Shown piece after piece: positions 1-14,099 of a DNA stretch of 64,000 nt. Made by a program: the position numbers and the translations under genes. The notes beneath the pieces were generated by a model, which was given only the letters and a program-made list of their open reading frames with translations, searched no databases and was not told the origin of the DNA. The DNA is taken from contig OZ024741.1 in the NCBI GenBank assembly GCA_964016885.1, positions 130,386,001 to 130,450,000 of the forward strand, written 5' to 3'. Origin of the DNA: Eledone cirrhosa (taxonomy: Eukaryota). How positions within the stretch are numbered: position 1 is the stretch's first letter; each line of letters begins with the position of its first letter.

Positions 1-2569
1 ATTTGTCTTTGTAACTAGGGTTGGAAGCAGTGAACATATAACTTTACACATCATATTTGTCTGTGTAACTAGGGTTGGAAGCAGTGAACATATAACTTTA
101 CACATCATATTTGTCTGTGTAACTCGGGTTGGAAGAGGTGAACATATAACTTTACACATCATATTTGTCTGTGTAACTAGGGTTGGAAGCAGTGAACATA
201 TAACTTTACACATCATATTTGTCTGTGTAACTAGGGTTGGAAGCGGTGAACATATAACTTTACACATCATATTTGTCTGTTTAACTAGGGTTGGAAGCAG
301 AGAACATATAACTTTACACATCATATTTGTCTGTGTAACTAGGGTTGGAAGAGGTGAACATATAACTTTACACATCATATTTGTCTGTGTAACTAGGGTT
401 GGAAGCAGTGAACATATAACTTTACACATCATATTTGTCTGTGTAACTAGGGCTGGAAGCAGTGAACATGTAACTTTACACATCATATTTGTCTGCGTAA
501 CTCGGGTTGGAAGCGGTGAACATATAACTTTACACATCATATTTGTCTGTGGAACTAGGGTTGGAAGCGGTGAACAAATAACTTTACACATCATATTTGT
601 CTGTGTAACTAGGGTTAGAAGCAGTGAACATATAACTTTACACATCATATTTGTCACTGTAACTAGGGTTGGAAGCAGTGAACATATAACTTTACACATC
701 ATATTTGTCTGTGTAACTAGGGTTGGAAGCAGTGAACATACAACTTTACACATCATATTTGTCTGTGTAACTAGGGTTGGAAGCAGTGAACATATAACTT
801 TACACATCATATTTGTCTGTGTAACTAGTGTAAGAAGCAGTGAACATATAACTTTACACATCATATTTGTCTGTGTAACAAGGGTTAGAAGCAGTGAACA
901 TATAACTTTACACATCATATTTGTCTGTGTAACTAGGGTTGGAAGCAGTGAACATATAACTTTACACATCATATTTATCTGTGTAACTAGGGTTAGAAGC
1001 AGTGAACATATAACTTTACACATCATATTTGTCTGTGTAACTATGGTTAGAAGCAGTGAATATACAACTTTACACATCATATTTGTCTGTGTAACTAGGG
1101 TTGGAAGCAGTGAACATATAACTTTACACATCATATTTTTCTATGTAACTAGGATTGGAAGCAGTGAACATATAACTTTACACATCATATTTGTCTTTGT
1201 AAGTAGGGTTGGAAGCGGTGAACAAATAACTTTACACATCATATTTGTGTGTGGAACTAGTGTTCGAAGCGGTGAACATATAACTTTACACATCATATTT
1301 GTCTGTTTAACTAGGGTTGGAAGCAGTGAACATATAAATTTACACATCATATTTGTCTGTGTAACTAGGGTTGGAAGCGGTGAACATATAACTTTACACA
1401 TCATATTTGTCTGTGTAACTAGGGTTGGAAGCAGTGAACATATAACTTAACACATCATATTTGTCTGTGTAACTAGGGTTGGAAGCGGTGAACATATAAC
1501 TTTACACATCATATTTGTCTGTGTAACTAGGGTTGGAAGCGGTGAACATATAACTTTACACATCATATTTGTCTGTGTAACTAGGGTTGGAAGCAGTGAA
1601 CATATAACTTAACACATCATATGTGTCTGTGTAACTAGGGTTGGAAGCGGTGAACATATAACGTTACACATCATATTTGTCTGTGTAACTAGGGTTGGAA
1701 GCAGTGAACATATAACTTTACACATCATATTTGTCTGTGTAACTAGGGTGGGAAGCAGTGAACATATAACTTTACACATCATATTTGTCTGTGTAACTCG
1801 GGTTGGAAGCGGTGAACAAATAACTTTACACATCATATTTGTCTGTGGAACTAGGGTTCGAAGCGGTGAACATATAACTTTACACATCATATTTGTCTAT
1901 GTAACTAGGGTTGGAAGCAGTGAACATATAACTTTACACATCATATTTGTCTGTGTAACTAGGGTTGGAAGCGGTGAACATATAACTTTACACATCATAT
2001 TTGTCTGTGTAACTAGGGTTGGAAGCAGTGAACATATAACTTTACACATCATATTTGTCTGTGTAACTAGGGTTGGAAGCGGTGAACATATAACTTTACA
2101 CATCATATTTGTCTGTGTAACTAGGGTTGGAAGCGGTGAACATATAACTTTACACATCATATTCGTCTGTGTAACTAGGGTTGGAAGCAGTGAACATAGA
2201 ACTTTACACATCATATTTGTCTGTGTAACTAGGGTGGGAAGCAGTGAACATATAACTTTACACATCATATTTGTCTGTGTAACTCGGGTTGGAAGCGGTG
2301 AACAAATAACTTTACACATCATATTTGACTGTGGAACTAGGGTTCGAAGCGGTGAACATATAAGTTTACACATCATATTTGTCTGTTTAACTAGGGTTGG
2401 AAGCAGTGAACATAGAACGTTACACATCATATTTGTCTGTGTAACTAGGGTGGGAAGCAGTGAACATATAACTTTACACATCATATTTGTCTGTGTAACT
2501 CGGGTTGGATGCCGTGAACAAATAACTTTACACATCATATTTGTCTGTGTAACTAGGGTTGGAAGCAGT

Positions 2570-5500
2570 TAACATATGACTTTACACATCATATTTGTCT
2601 GTGTAACTAGGGTTGGAAGCGGTGAACATATAACTTTACACATCATATTTGTCTGTGTAACTAGGGTTGGAAGCGGTGAACATATAACTTTACACATCAT
2701 ATTTGTCTGTGTAACTAGGGTTGGAAGCAGTGAACATAGAACTTTACACATCATATTTGTCTGTGTAACTAGGGTTGGAAGCAGTGAACATATAACTTTA
2801 CATATCATATTTGTCTGTGTAACTCGGGTTGGAAGCGGTGAACAAAAAACTTTACACATCATATTTGTCTGTGGAACTAGGGTTCGAAGCGGTGAACATA
2901 TAACTTTACACATCATATTTGTCTGTGTAACTAGGGTTGGAAGCAGTGAACATATAACTTTACACATCATATTTGTCTGTGTAACTAGGGTTGGAAGCGG
3001 TGAACATATAACTTTACACATCATATTTGTCTGTGTAACTAGGGTTGGAAGCAGTGAACATATAACTTAACACAACATATGTGTCTGTGTAACTAGGGTT
3101 GGAAGCGGTGAACATATAACGTTACAAATCATATTTGTCTGTGTAACTAGGGTTGGAAGCAGTGAACATATAAATTTACACATCATATTTGTCTGTGTAA
3201 CTAGGGTTGGAAGTAGTGAACATATAACTTTACACATCATATTTGTCTGTGTAACTAGGGTTAGAATCAGTGAACATATAACTTTACACATCATATTTGT
3301 CTGTGTAACTAGGGTTAGAAGCAGTGAATATACAACTTTACACATTATATTTGTCTGTGTAACTAGGGTTGGAAGCAGTGAACATATAACTTTACACATC
3401 ATATTTGTCTCTGTAACTAGGGTTGGAAGCAGTGAACATATAACTTTACACATCATATTTGTCTGTGTAACTAGGGTTGGAAGCAGTGAACATATAACTT
3501 TGCACATCATATTTGTTTGTGTAACTAGGGTTGGAAGCAGTGAACATATAACTTTACACATCATATTTGTCTGTGTAACTAGGGTTGGAAGCAGTGAACA
3601 TATAACTTTACACATCATATTTGTCTGTGTAACTAGGGTTAGAAGCAGTGAACATATGACTTTACACATCATATTTGTCTGTGTAACTAGGGTTGGAAGC
3701 GGTGAACATATAACTTTACACATCATATTTGTCATTGTAACTAGGGTCGGAAGCAGTGAACATAGAACTTTACACATCATATTTGTCTGTGTAACTAGGG
3801 TTGGAAGCAGTGAACATATAACTTTACATATCATATTTGTCTGTGTAACTCGGGTTGGAAGCGGTGAACAAAAAACTTTACACATCATATTTGTCTGTGG
3901 AACTAGGGTTCGAAGCGGTGAACATATAACTTTACACATCATATTTGTCTGTGTAACTAGGGTTGGAAGCAGTGAACATATAACTTTACACATCATATTT
4001 GTCTGTGTAACTAGGGTTGGAAGCGGTGAACATATAACTTTACACATCATATTTGTCTGTGTAACTAGGGTTAGAATCAGTGAACATATAACTTTACACA
4101 TCATATTTGTCTGTGTAACTAGGGTTAGAAGCAGTGAATATACAACTTTACACATTATATTTGTCTGTGTAACTAGGGTTGGAAGCAGTGAACATATAAC
4201 TTTACACATCATATTTGTCTCTGTAACTAGGGTTGGAAGCAGTGAACATATAACTTTACACATCATATTTGTCTGTGTAACTAGGGTTGGAAGCAGTGAA
4301 CATATAACTTTGCACATCATATTTGTTTGTGTAACTAGGGTTGGAAGCAGTGAACATATAACTTTACACATCATATTTGTCTGTGTAACTAGGGTTGGAA
4401 GCAGTGAACATATAACTTTACACATCATATTTGTCTGTGTAACTAGGGTTAGAAGCAGTGAACATATAATTTTACACATCATATTTGTCACTGTAACTAG
4501 GTTTGGAAGCAGTGAACATATAACTTTACAGATCATATTTGTCTGTGTAACTAGGGTTGGAAGCGGTGAACATATAACTTTACACATCATATTCGTCTGT
4601 GTAACTAGGGTTGGAAGCAGTGAACATAGAACTTTACACATCATATTTGTCTGTGTAACTAGGGTGGGAAGCAGTGAACATATAACTTTACACATCATAT
4701 TTGTCTGTGTAACTCGGGTTGGAAGCGGTGAACAAATAACTTTACACATCATATTTGACTGTGGGACTAGGGTTCGAAGCGGTGAACATATAAGTTTACA
4801 CATCATATTTGTCTGTTTAACTAGGGTTGGAAGCAGTGAACATATAACTTTACACATCATATTTGTCTGTGTAACTCGGGTTGGATGCGGTGAACAAATA
4901 ACTTTACACATCATATTTGTCTGTGTAACTAGGGTTGGAAGCAGTTAACATATGACTTTACACATCATATTTGTCTGTGTAACTAGGGTTGGAAGCGGTG
5001 AACATATAACTTTACACATCATATTTGTCTGTGTAACTAGGGTCGGAAGCAGTGAACATATAACTTCACACATCATATTTGTCTGTGTAACTAGGGTTGG
5101 AAGCGGTGAACATATAACTTTACACATCATATTTGTCTGTGTAACTAGGGTTGGAAGCGGTGAACATATAACTTTACACATCATATTTGTCTGTGTAACT
5201 AGGGTTGGAAGCAGTGAACATAGAACTTTACACATCATATTTGTCTGTGTAACTAGGGTTGGAAGCAGTGAACATATAACTTTACATATCATATTTGTCT
5301 GTGTAACTCGGGTTGGAAGCGGTGAACAAAAAACTTTACACATCATATTTGTCTGTGGAACTAGGGTTCGAAGCGGTGAACATATAACTTTACACATCAT
5401 ATTTGTCTGTGTAACTAGGGTTGGAAGCAGTGAACATATAACTTTACACATCATATTTGTCTGTGTAACTAGGGTTGGAAGCGGTGAACATATAACTTTA

Positions 5501-7400
5501 CACATCATATTTGTCTGTGTAATTAGGGTTGGAAGCAGTGAACATATAACTTAACACAACATATGTGTCTGTGTAACTAGGGTTGGAAGCGGTGAACATA
5601 TAACGTTACAAATCATATTTGTCTGTGTAACTAGGGTTGGAAGCAGTGAACATATAAATTTACACATCATATTTGTCTGTGTAACTAGGGTTGGAAGTAG
5701 TGAACATATAACTTTACACATCATATTTGTCTGTGTAACTAGGGTTAGAATCAGTGAACATATAACTTTACACATCATATTTGTCTGTGTAACTAGGGTT
5801 AGAAGCAGTGAATATACAACTTTACACATTATATTTGTCTGTGTAACTAGGGTTGGAAGCAGTGAACATATAACTTTACACATCATATTTGTCTCTGTAA
5901 CTAGGGTTGGAAGCAGTGAACATATAACTTTACACATCATATTTGTCTGTGTAACTAGGGTTGGAAGCAGTGAACATATAACTTTGCACATCATATTTGT
6001 TTGTGTAACTAGGGTTGGAAGCAGTGAACATATAACTTTACACATCATATTTGTCTGTGTAACTAGGGTTGGAAGCAGTGAACATATAACTTTACACATC
6101 ATATTTGTCTGTGTAACTAGGGTTAGAAGCAGTGAACATATGACTTTACACATCATATTTGTCTGTGTAACTAGGGTTGGAAGCGGTGAACATATAACTT
6201 TACACATCATATTTGTCTGTGTAACTAGGGTCGGAAGCAGTGAACATATAACTTCACACATCATATTTGTCTGTGTAACTAGGGTTGGAAGCGGTGAACA
6301 TATAACTTTACACATCATATTTGTCTGTGTAACTAGGGTTGGAAGCGGTGAACATATAATTTTACACATCATATTTGTCTGTGTAACTAGGGTTGGAAGC
6401 AGTGAACATAGAACTTTACACATCATATTTGTCTGTGTAACTAGGGTTGGAAGCAGTGAACATATAACTTTACATATCATATTTGTCTGTGTAACTCGGG
6501 TTGGAAGCGGTGAACAAAAAACTTTACACATCATATTTGTCTGTGGAACTAGGGTTCGAAGCGGTGAACATATAACTTTACACATCATATTTGTCTGTGT
6601 AACTAGGGTTGGAAGCAGTGAACATATAACTTTACACATCATATTTGTCTGTGTAACTAGGGTTGGAAGCGGTGAACATATAACTTTACACATCATATTT
6701 GTCTGTGTAACTAGGGTTGGAAGCAGTGAACATATAACTTAACACAACATATGTGTCTGTGTAACTAGGGTTGGAAGCGGTGAACATATAACGTTACAAA
6801 TCATATTTGTCTGTGTAACTAGGGTTGGAAGCAGTGAACATATAAATTTACACATCATATTTGTCTGTGTAACTAGGGTTGGAAGTAGTGAACATATAAC
6901 TTTACACATCATATTTGTCTGTGTAACTAGGGTTAGAATCAGTGAACATATAACTTTACACATCATATTTGTCTGTGTAACTAGGGTTAGAAGCAGTGAA
7001 TATACAACTTTACACATTATATTTGTCTGTGTAACTAGGGTTGGAAGCAGTGAACATATAACTTTACACATCATATTTGTCTCTGTAACTAGGGTTGGAA
7101 GCAGTGAACATATAACTTTACACATCATATTTGTCTGTGTAACTAGGGTTGGAAGCAGTGAACATATAACTTTGCACATCATATTTGTTTGTGTAACTAG
7201 GGTTGGAAGCAGTGAACATATAACTTTACACATCATATTTGTCTGTGTAACTAGGGTTGGAAGCAGTGAACATATAACTTTACACATCATATTTGTCTGT
7301 GTAACTAGGGTTAGAAGCAGAGAACATATAATTTTACACATCATATTTGTCACTGTAACTAGGTTTGGAAGCAGTGAACATATAACTTTACAGATCATAT
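2570..7400. repeat. Higher-order duplication block A (15-, 22-, 44- and 46-monomer offsets)
   Basis: The marker ACTTAACACAACATATGTGTC occurs at ~3067, 5551 and 6739 (offsets 2484 = 46x54 and 1188 = 22x54). TTAGAATCAG occurs at 3261, 4071, 5745 and 6933. GCAGTTAACATATGAC occurs at ~2569 and 4945 (2376 = 44x54). Downstream variants keep the same order. Confidence 0.85.
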
Positions 7401-10400
7401 TTGTCTGTGTAACTAGGGTTGGAAGCAGTGAACATATAACTTTACACATCATATTTGTCTGTGTAACTAGGGTTGGAAGCGGTGAACATATAACTTTACA
7501 CATCATATTTGTCTGCGTAACTCGGGTTGGAAGCCGTGAACATATAATTTTACACATCATATTTGTCTGTGAAACTAGGGTTGGAAGCGGTGAACATATA
7601 ATTTTACACATCATATTTGTCTGTGTAACTGGGGTTGGAAGCAGTAAACATATAACTTTACACATCATATTTGTCTGTGTAACTAGGGTTGGAAGCAGTG
7701 AACATATAACTTTACACATCATATTTGTCTGCGTAACTCGGGTTGGAAGCGGTGAACATATAATTTTACACATCATATTTGTCTGTGTAACTGGGGCTGG
7801 AAGCAGTAAACATATAACTTTACACATCATATTTGTCTGTGTAACTAGGGTTGGAAGCAGTCAACATATAACTTTACACATCATATTTGTCTATGTAACT
7901 AGGGTTGGAAGCAGTGAACATATAACTTTACACATCATATTTGTCTGTGTAACTAGGGTTGGAAGCAGTGAACATATAACTTTACAAATCATATTTGTCT
8001 GTGTAACTAGGGTTGGAAGCAGTGAACATATAACTTTACACATCATATTTCTCTGTGTAACTAGGGTTGGAAGCAGTGAACATATAACTTTATACATCAT
8101 ATTTGTCTGTGTAACTAGGGTTGGAAGCAGTGAACATATAACTTTACACATCATATTTGTCTGTGTAACTAGGGTTGGAATCAGTGAACATATAACTTCA
8201 CACATCATATTTGTCTGTGTAACTAGGGTTGGAAGAAGTGAACATATAACTTTACACATCATATTTGTGTGTGTAACTAGGTTTGGAAGCAGTGAACATA
8301 TAACTTTACACATCATATTTGTCTGTGTAACTAGGGTTGGAAGAGGTGAACATATAACTTTACACATCATATTTGTCTGTGTAACTAGGGTTGGAAGCAG
8401 TGAACATATAACTTTACACATCATATTTGTCTGTGTAACTAGGGTTGGAAGCGGTGAACATATAACTTTACACATCATATTTGTCCGTGTAACTAGGGTT
8501 GGAAGCAGTGAACATATAACTTTACACATCATACTTGTCTGTGTAACTAGGGTTGGAAGCGGTGAACATATAACTTTACACATCATATTTGTCTGCGTAA
8601 CTCGGGTTGGAAGCGGTGAACATATAACTTTACACATCATATTTGTCTGCGTAACTAGGGTTGGAAGTAGTGAACATATAACTTTACACATCATATTTGT
8701 CTGCGTAACTCGGTTTGGAAGCGGTGAACATATAACTTTACACATCATATTTGTCTGCGTAACTCGGGTTGGAAGCGGTGAACATATAACTTTACACATC
8801 ATATTTGTCTGTGGAACTAGGGTTGGAAGCCGTGAACATATAACTTTACACATCATACTTGTCTGTGTAACTAGGGTTGGAAGCGGTGAACATATAACTT
8901 TACACATCATATTTGTCCGTGGAACTAGGGTTGGAAGCAGTGAACATATAACTTTACACATCATATTTGTCTGTGTAACTAGGGTTGGAAGCAGTGAACA
9001 TAGAACTTTACACATCATATTTGTCTGTGTAACTAGTGTTGGAAGCAGTGAACATATAACTTTACACATCATAGTTGTCTGTGTAACTAGGGTTGGAAGC
9101 GGTGAACATATTTACTTTACACATCATATTTGTCTGTGTAACTAGGGTTGGAAGCAGTGAACATATGACTTTACACATCATATTTGTCTGTGTAACTAGA
9201 GTTGGAAGCGGTGAACATATAACTTTACACATCATATTTGTCTGTGTAACTAGGGTTGGAAGCAGTGAAAATATAACTTTACACATCATATTTGTCTGTG
9301 TAACTAGGGTTGGAAGCGGTGAACATATAACTTTACACATCATATTTGTCTGTGTAACTAGGGTTGGAAGCGGTAAACATATAACTTTACACATCATATT
9401 TGTCTGTGTAACTAGGGTTGGAAGCAGTGAACATACAACTTTACACATCATATTTGTCTGTGTAACTATGTTTGGAAGCAGTGAACATATAACTTTACAC
9501 ATCATATTTGTCTGTGTAACTAGGGTTGGAAGCAGTGTACATATAACTTTACACATCATATTTGTCTGTGTAACTAGGGTTGGAAGCGGTGAACATATAA
9601 CTTTAAACATCATATTTGTCTGTGTAACTAGGGTTTGAAGCGGTGAACATATAACTTTACACATCATATTTGTCTGTGTAACTAGGGTTGGAAGCAGTGA
9701 ACATATAACTTTACACATCATATTTGTCTGTGTAACCAGGGTTGGAAGCGGTGAACATATAACTTTACACATCATATTTGTCTGTGTAACTAGGGTTGGA
9801 AGCCGTGAACATATAATTTAACACATCATATTTGTCTGTGTAACTAGGGTTGGAAGCGGTGAACATATAACTTTACACATCATATTTGTCTGTGTAACTA
9901 GGGTTGGAAGCAGTGAACATATAACTTTACAAATCATATTTCTCTGTGTAACTAGGGTTGGAAGCAGTGAACATATAACTTTATACATCATATTTGTCTG
10001 TGTAACAAGGGTTGGAAGCAGTGAACATATAACTTTACACATCATATTTGTCTGTGTAACTAGGGTTGGAATCAGTGAACATATAACTTTACACATCATA
10101 TTTGTCTGTTTAACGAGGGTTGGAAGAAGTGAACATATAACTTTACACATCATATTTGTGCGTGTAACTAGGTTTGGAAGCAGTGAACATATAACTTTAC
10201 ACATCATATTTGTCTGTGTAACTAGGGTTGGCAGAGGTGAACATATAACTTTACACATCATATTTGTCTGTGTAACTAGGGTTGGAAGCAGTGAACATAT
10301 AACTTTACACATCATATTTGTCTGTGTAAGTAGGGTTGGAAGCGGTGAACATATAACTTTACACATCATATTTGTCTGTTTAACTAGGGTTGGTAGCAGT

Positions 10401-13400
10401 GAACATATAACTTTACACATCATATTTGTCTGTGTAACTAGGGTTGGAAGCCGTGAACATATAATTTTACACATCATATTTCTCTGTGTAACTGGGGTTG
10501 GAAGCAGTAAACATATAACTTTACACATCATATTTGTCTGTGTAACTAGGGCTGGAAGCAGTGAACATATAACTTTACACGTCATATTTGTCTGCGTAAC
10601 TCGGGTTGGAAGCGGTGAACATATAATTTTACACATCATATTTGTCTGTGGAACTAGGGTTGGAAGGGGTGAACATATAACTTTACACATCATATTTGTC
10701 TGTGTAACTAGGGTTGGAAGCAGTGAACATATAACTTTACACATCATATTTGTCTGTCTAACTAGGGTTGGAAGCGGTGAACATATTACTTTACACATCA
10801 TATTTGTCTGTGTAACTAGGGTTGGAAGCAGTGAACATATGACTTTACACATCATATTTGTCTGCGTAACTCGGGTTGGAAGCGGTGAACATATAACTTT
10901 ACAAATCATATTTGTCTGTGTAACTAGGGTTGGAAGCCGTGAACATATAATTTTACACATCATATTTCTCTGTGTAACTGGGGTTGGATGCAGTAAACAT
11001 ATAACTTTACACATCATATTTGTCTGTGTAACTAGGGCTGGAAGCAGTGAACATATATCTTTACACATCATATTTGTCTGCGTAACTCGGGTTGGAAGCG
11101 GTGAACATATAATTTTACACATCATATTTGTCTGTGTAACTAGGGTTGGAAGCGGTGAACATATAACTTTACACATCATATTTGTCTGTGTAACCAGGGT
11201 TGGAAGCGGTGAACATATAACTTTACACATCATATTTGTCTGTGTAACTAGGGTTGGAAGCAGTGAACATAGAACTTTACACATCATATTTGTCTGTGTA
11301 ACTAGGGTTGGAAGCAGTGAACATATAACGTAACACATCATATTTGTCTGTGTAACTAGGGTTGGAAGCGGTGAACATATAACGTTAAACATCATATTTG
11401 TCTGTGTAACTAGGTTTGGAAGCAGTGAACATATAACTTTACACATCATATTTGTCTGTGTAACTAGGGTTGGAAGCGGTGAACATATAACTTTACACAT
11501 CATATTTCTCTGTGTAACTAGGGTTGGAAGCGGTGAACATATAACTTTACACATCATATTTGTCTGTGTAACTAGGGTTGGAAGCAGTTAACATACAACT
11601 TTACACATCATATTTATCTGTGTGACTAGGGTTGGAAGCAGTGAACATATAACTTTACACATCATATTTGTCTGTGTTACTAGGGTTGGAAGCAGTGAAC
11701 ATATAACTTTACACATCATATTTGTCTGTGTAAGTAGGGTTGGAAGCGGTGAACATATAACTTTACACATCATATTTGTCCGTGTAACTAGGGTTGGAAG
11801 CAGTGAACATATAACTTTACACATCATACTTATCTGTGTAAATAGGGTTGGAAGCGGTGAACATATAACTTTACACATCATAATTGTCTGTGTAACTAGG
11901 GTTGGAAGCAGTGAACATATAACTTTACACATCATATTTGTCTGTGTAACTAGGGTTGGAAGCGGTGAACATATAACTTTACACATCATATTTGTCTGTG
12001 TAACTAGGGTTGGAAGCGGTAAACATATAACTTTACACATCATATTTGTCTGTGTAACTAGGGTTGGAAGCAGTGAACATACAACTTTACACATCATATT
12101 TGTCTGTGTAACTATGTTTGGAAGCAGTGAACATATAACTTTACACATCATATTTGTCTGTGTAACTAGGGTTGGAAGCAGTGTACATATAACTTTACAC
12201 ATCATATTTGTCTGTGTAACTAGGGTTGGAAGCGGTGAACATATAACTTTACACATCATATTTGTCTGTGTAACTAGGGTTGGAAGCGGTGAACATATAC
12301 CTTTACACATCATATTTGTCAGTGTAACTAGGGTTGGAAGCAGTGAACATATAACTTTACACATCATATTTGTCTGTGTAACTAGGGTTGGAAGCAGTGA
12401 ACATATAACTTTACACACCATATTTGTCTGTGTAACCAGGGTTGGAAGCGGTGAACATATAACTTTACACATCATATTTGTCTGTGTAACTAGGGTTGGA
12501 AGCCGTGAACATATAATTTAACACATCATATTTGTCTGTGTAACTAGGGTTGGAAGCGGTGAACATATAACTTTGCACATCATATATGTCTGTGTAACTA
12601 GGGTTGGAAGCGGTGAACATATACCTTTACACATCATATTTGTCTGTGTAACTAGGGTTGGAAGCAGTGAACATATAACTTTACACATCATATTTGTTTG
12701 TGTAACTAGGGTTGGAAGCAGTGAACATATAACTTTACACATCATATTTGTCTGTGTAACTAGGGTTGGAAGCAGTGAACATATAACTTTACACATCATA
12801 TTTGTCTGTGGAACTATGGTTGTAAGCGGTGAACATATAACTTTACACATCATATTTGTCTGTGTAACTAGGGTTGGAAGCAGTGAACATATAACTTTAC
12901 ACATCATATTTGTCTGTGTAACTAGGGTTGGAAGCAGTGAACATATAACTTTACACATCATATTTGTCTTTGTAACTAGGGTTGGAAGCAGTGAACATAT
13001 AACTTTACACATCATATTTGTCTGTGTAACTAGGGTTGGAAGCAGTGAACATATAACTTTACACATCATATTTGTCTTTGTAACTAGGGTTGGAAGCGGT
13101 GAACATATAACTTTACACATCATATTTGTCTGTGTAACTAGGGTTGGAAGCGGTGAACATATAACTTTACACATCATATTTGTCTGTGTAACTAGGGTTG
13201 GAAGCAGTGAACATAGAACTTTACACATCATATTTGTCTGTGTAACTAGGGTTGGAAGCAGTGAACATATAACGTAACACATCATATTTGTCTGTGTAAC
13301 TAGGGTTGGAAGCGGTGAACATATAACGTTACACATCATATTTGTCTGTGTAACTAGGTTTGGAAGCAGTGAACATATAACTTTACACATCATATTTGTC

Positions 13401-14099
13401 TGTGTAACTAGGGTTGGAAGCGGTGAACATATAACTTTACACATCATATTTGTCTGTGTAACTCGGGTTGGAAGCAGTGAACATATAACTTTACACATCA
13501 TATTTGTATGTGGAACTAGGGTTGGAAGCAGTGAACATATAACTTTACACATCATATTTGTCTGTGTAACTAGGGTTGGAAGCAGTGAACATATAACTTT
13601 ACACATCATATTTGTCTGTGTAACTAGGGTTGGAAGCGGTGAACATATAACTTTACACATCATATTTGTCTGTGTAACTAGGGTTGGAAGCAGTGAACAC
13701 ACAACTTTACACATCATATTTGTCTGTGTAACTAGGGTTGGAAGCAGTGAACATATAACTTTACACATCATATTTGTCTATGTAACTAGGGTTGGAAGCA
13801 GTGAACATATAACTTTACACATCATATTTGTCTGTGTAACTAGGGTTAGAAGCAGTGAACATATAACTTTACACATCATATTTGTCTGTGTAACTAGGGT
13901 TGGAAGCGGTGAACATATAACTTTATACATCATATTTGTCTGTGTAACTAGGGTTGGAAGCGGTGAACATATAACTTTACACATCATATTTGTCTGTGTA
14001 ACTAGGGTTGGAAGCAGTGAACATATAACTTTACACATCATATTTGTCTGTGTAACTAGGGTTGGAAGCGGTGAACATATAACTTTACACATCATATTT

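Noticed and set aside
18-30. G-quadruplex potential from GGGTTGG
   Set aside because: There is only one GGG tract per 54 bp, so the tracts are too few and too far apart for a canonical G4.
31-45. TATAA as a TATA box or -10 promoter element
   Set aside because: It is a short AT-rich word in every monomer, with no downstream gene or other supporting element.
12-65. Monomer derived from a 27-bp dimer (TAACT at positions 12 and 39)
   Set aside because: The two halves match at only 9 of 27 positions without gaps, which is close to chance for AT-rich sequence.
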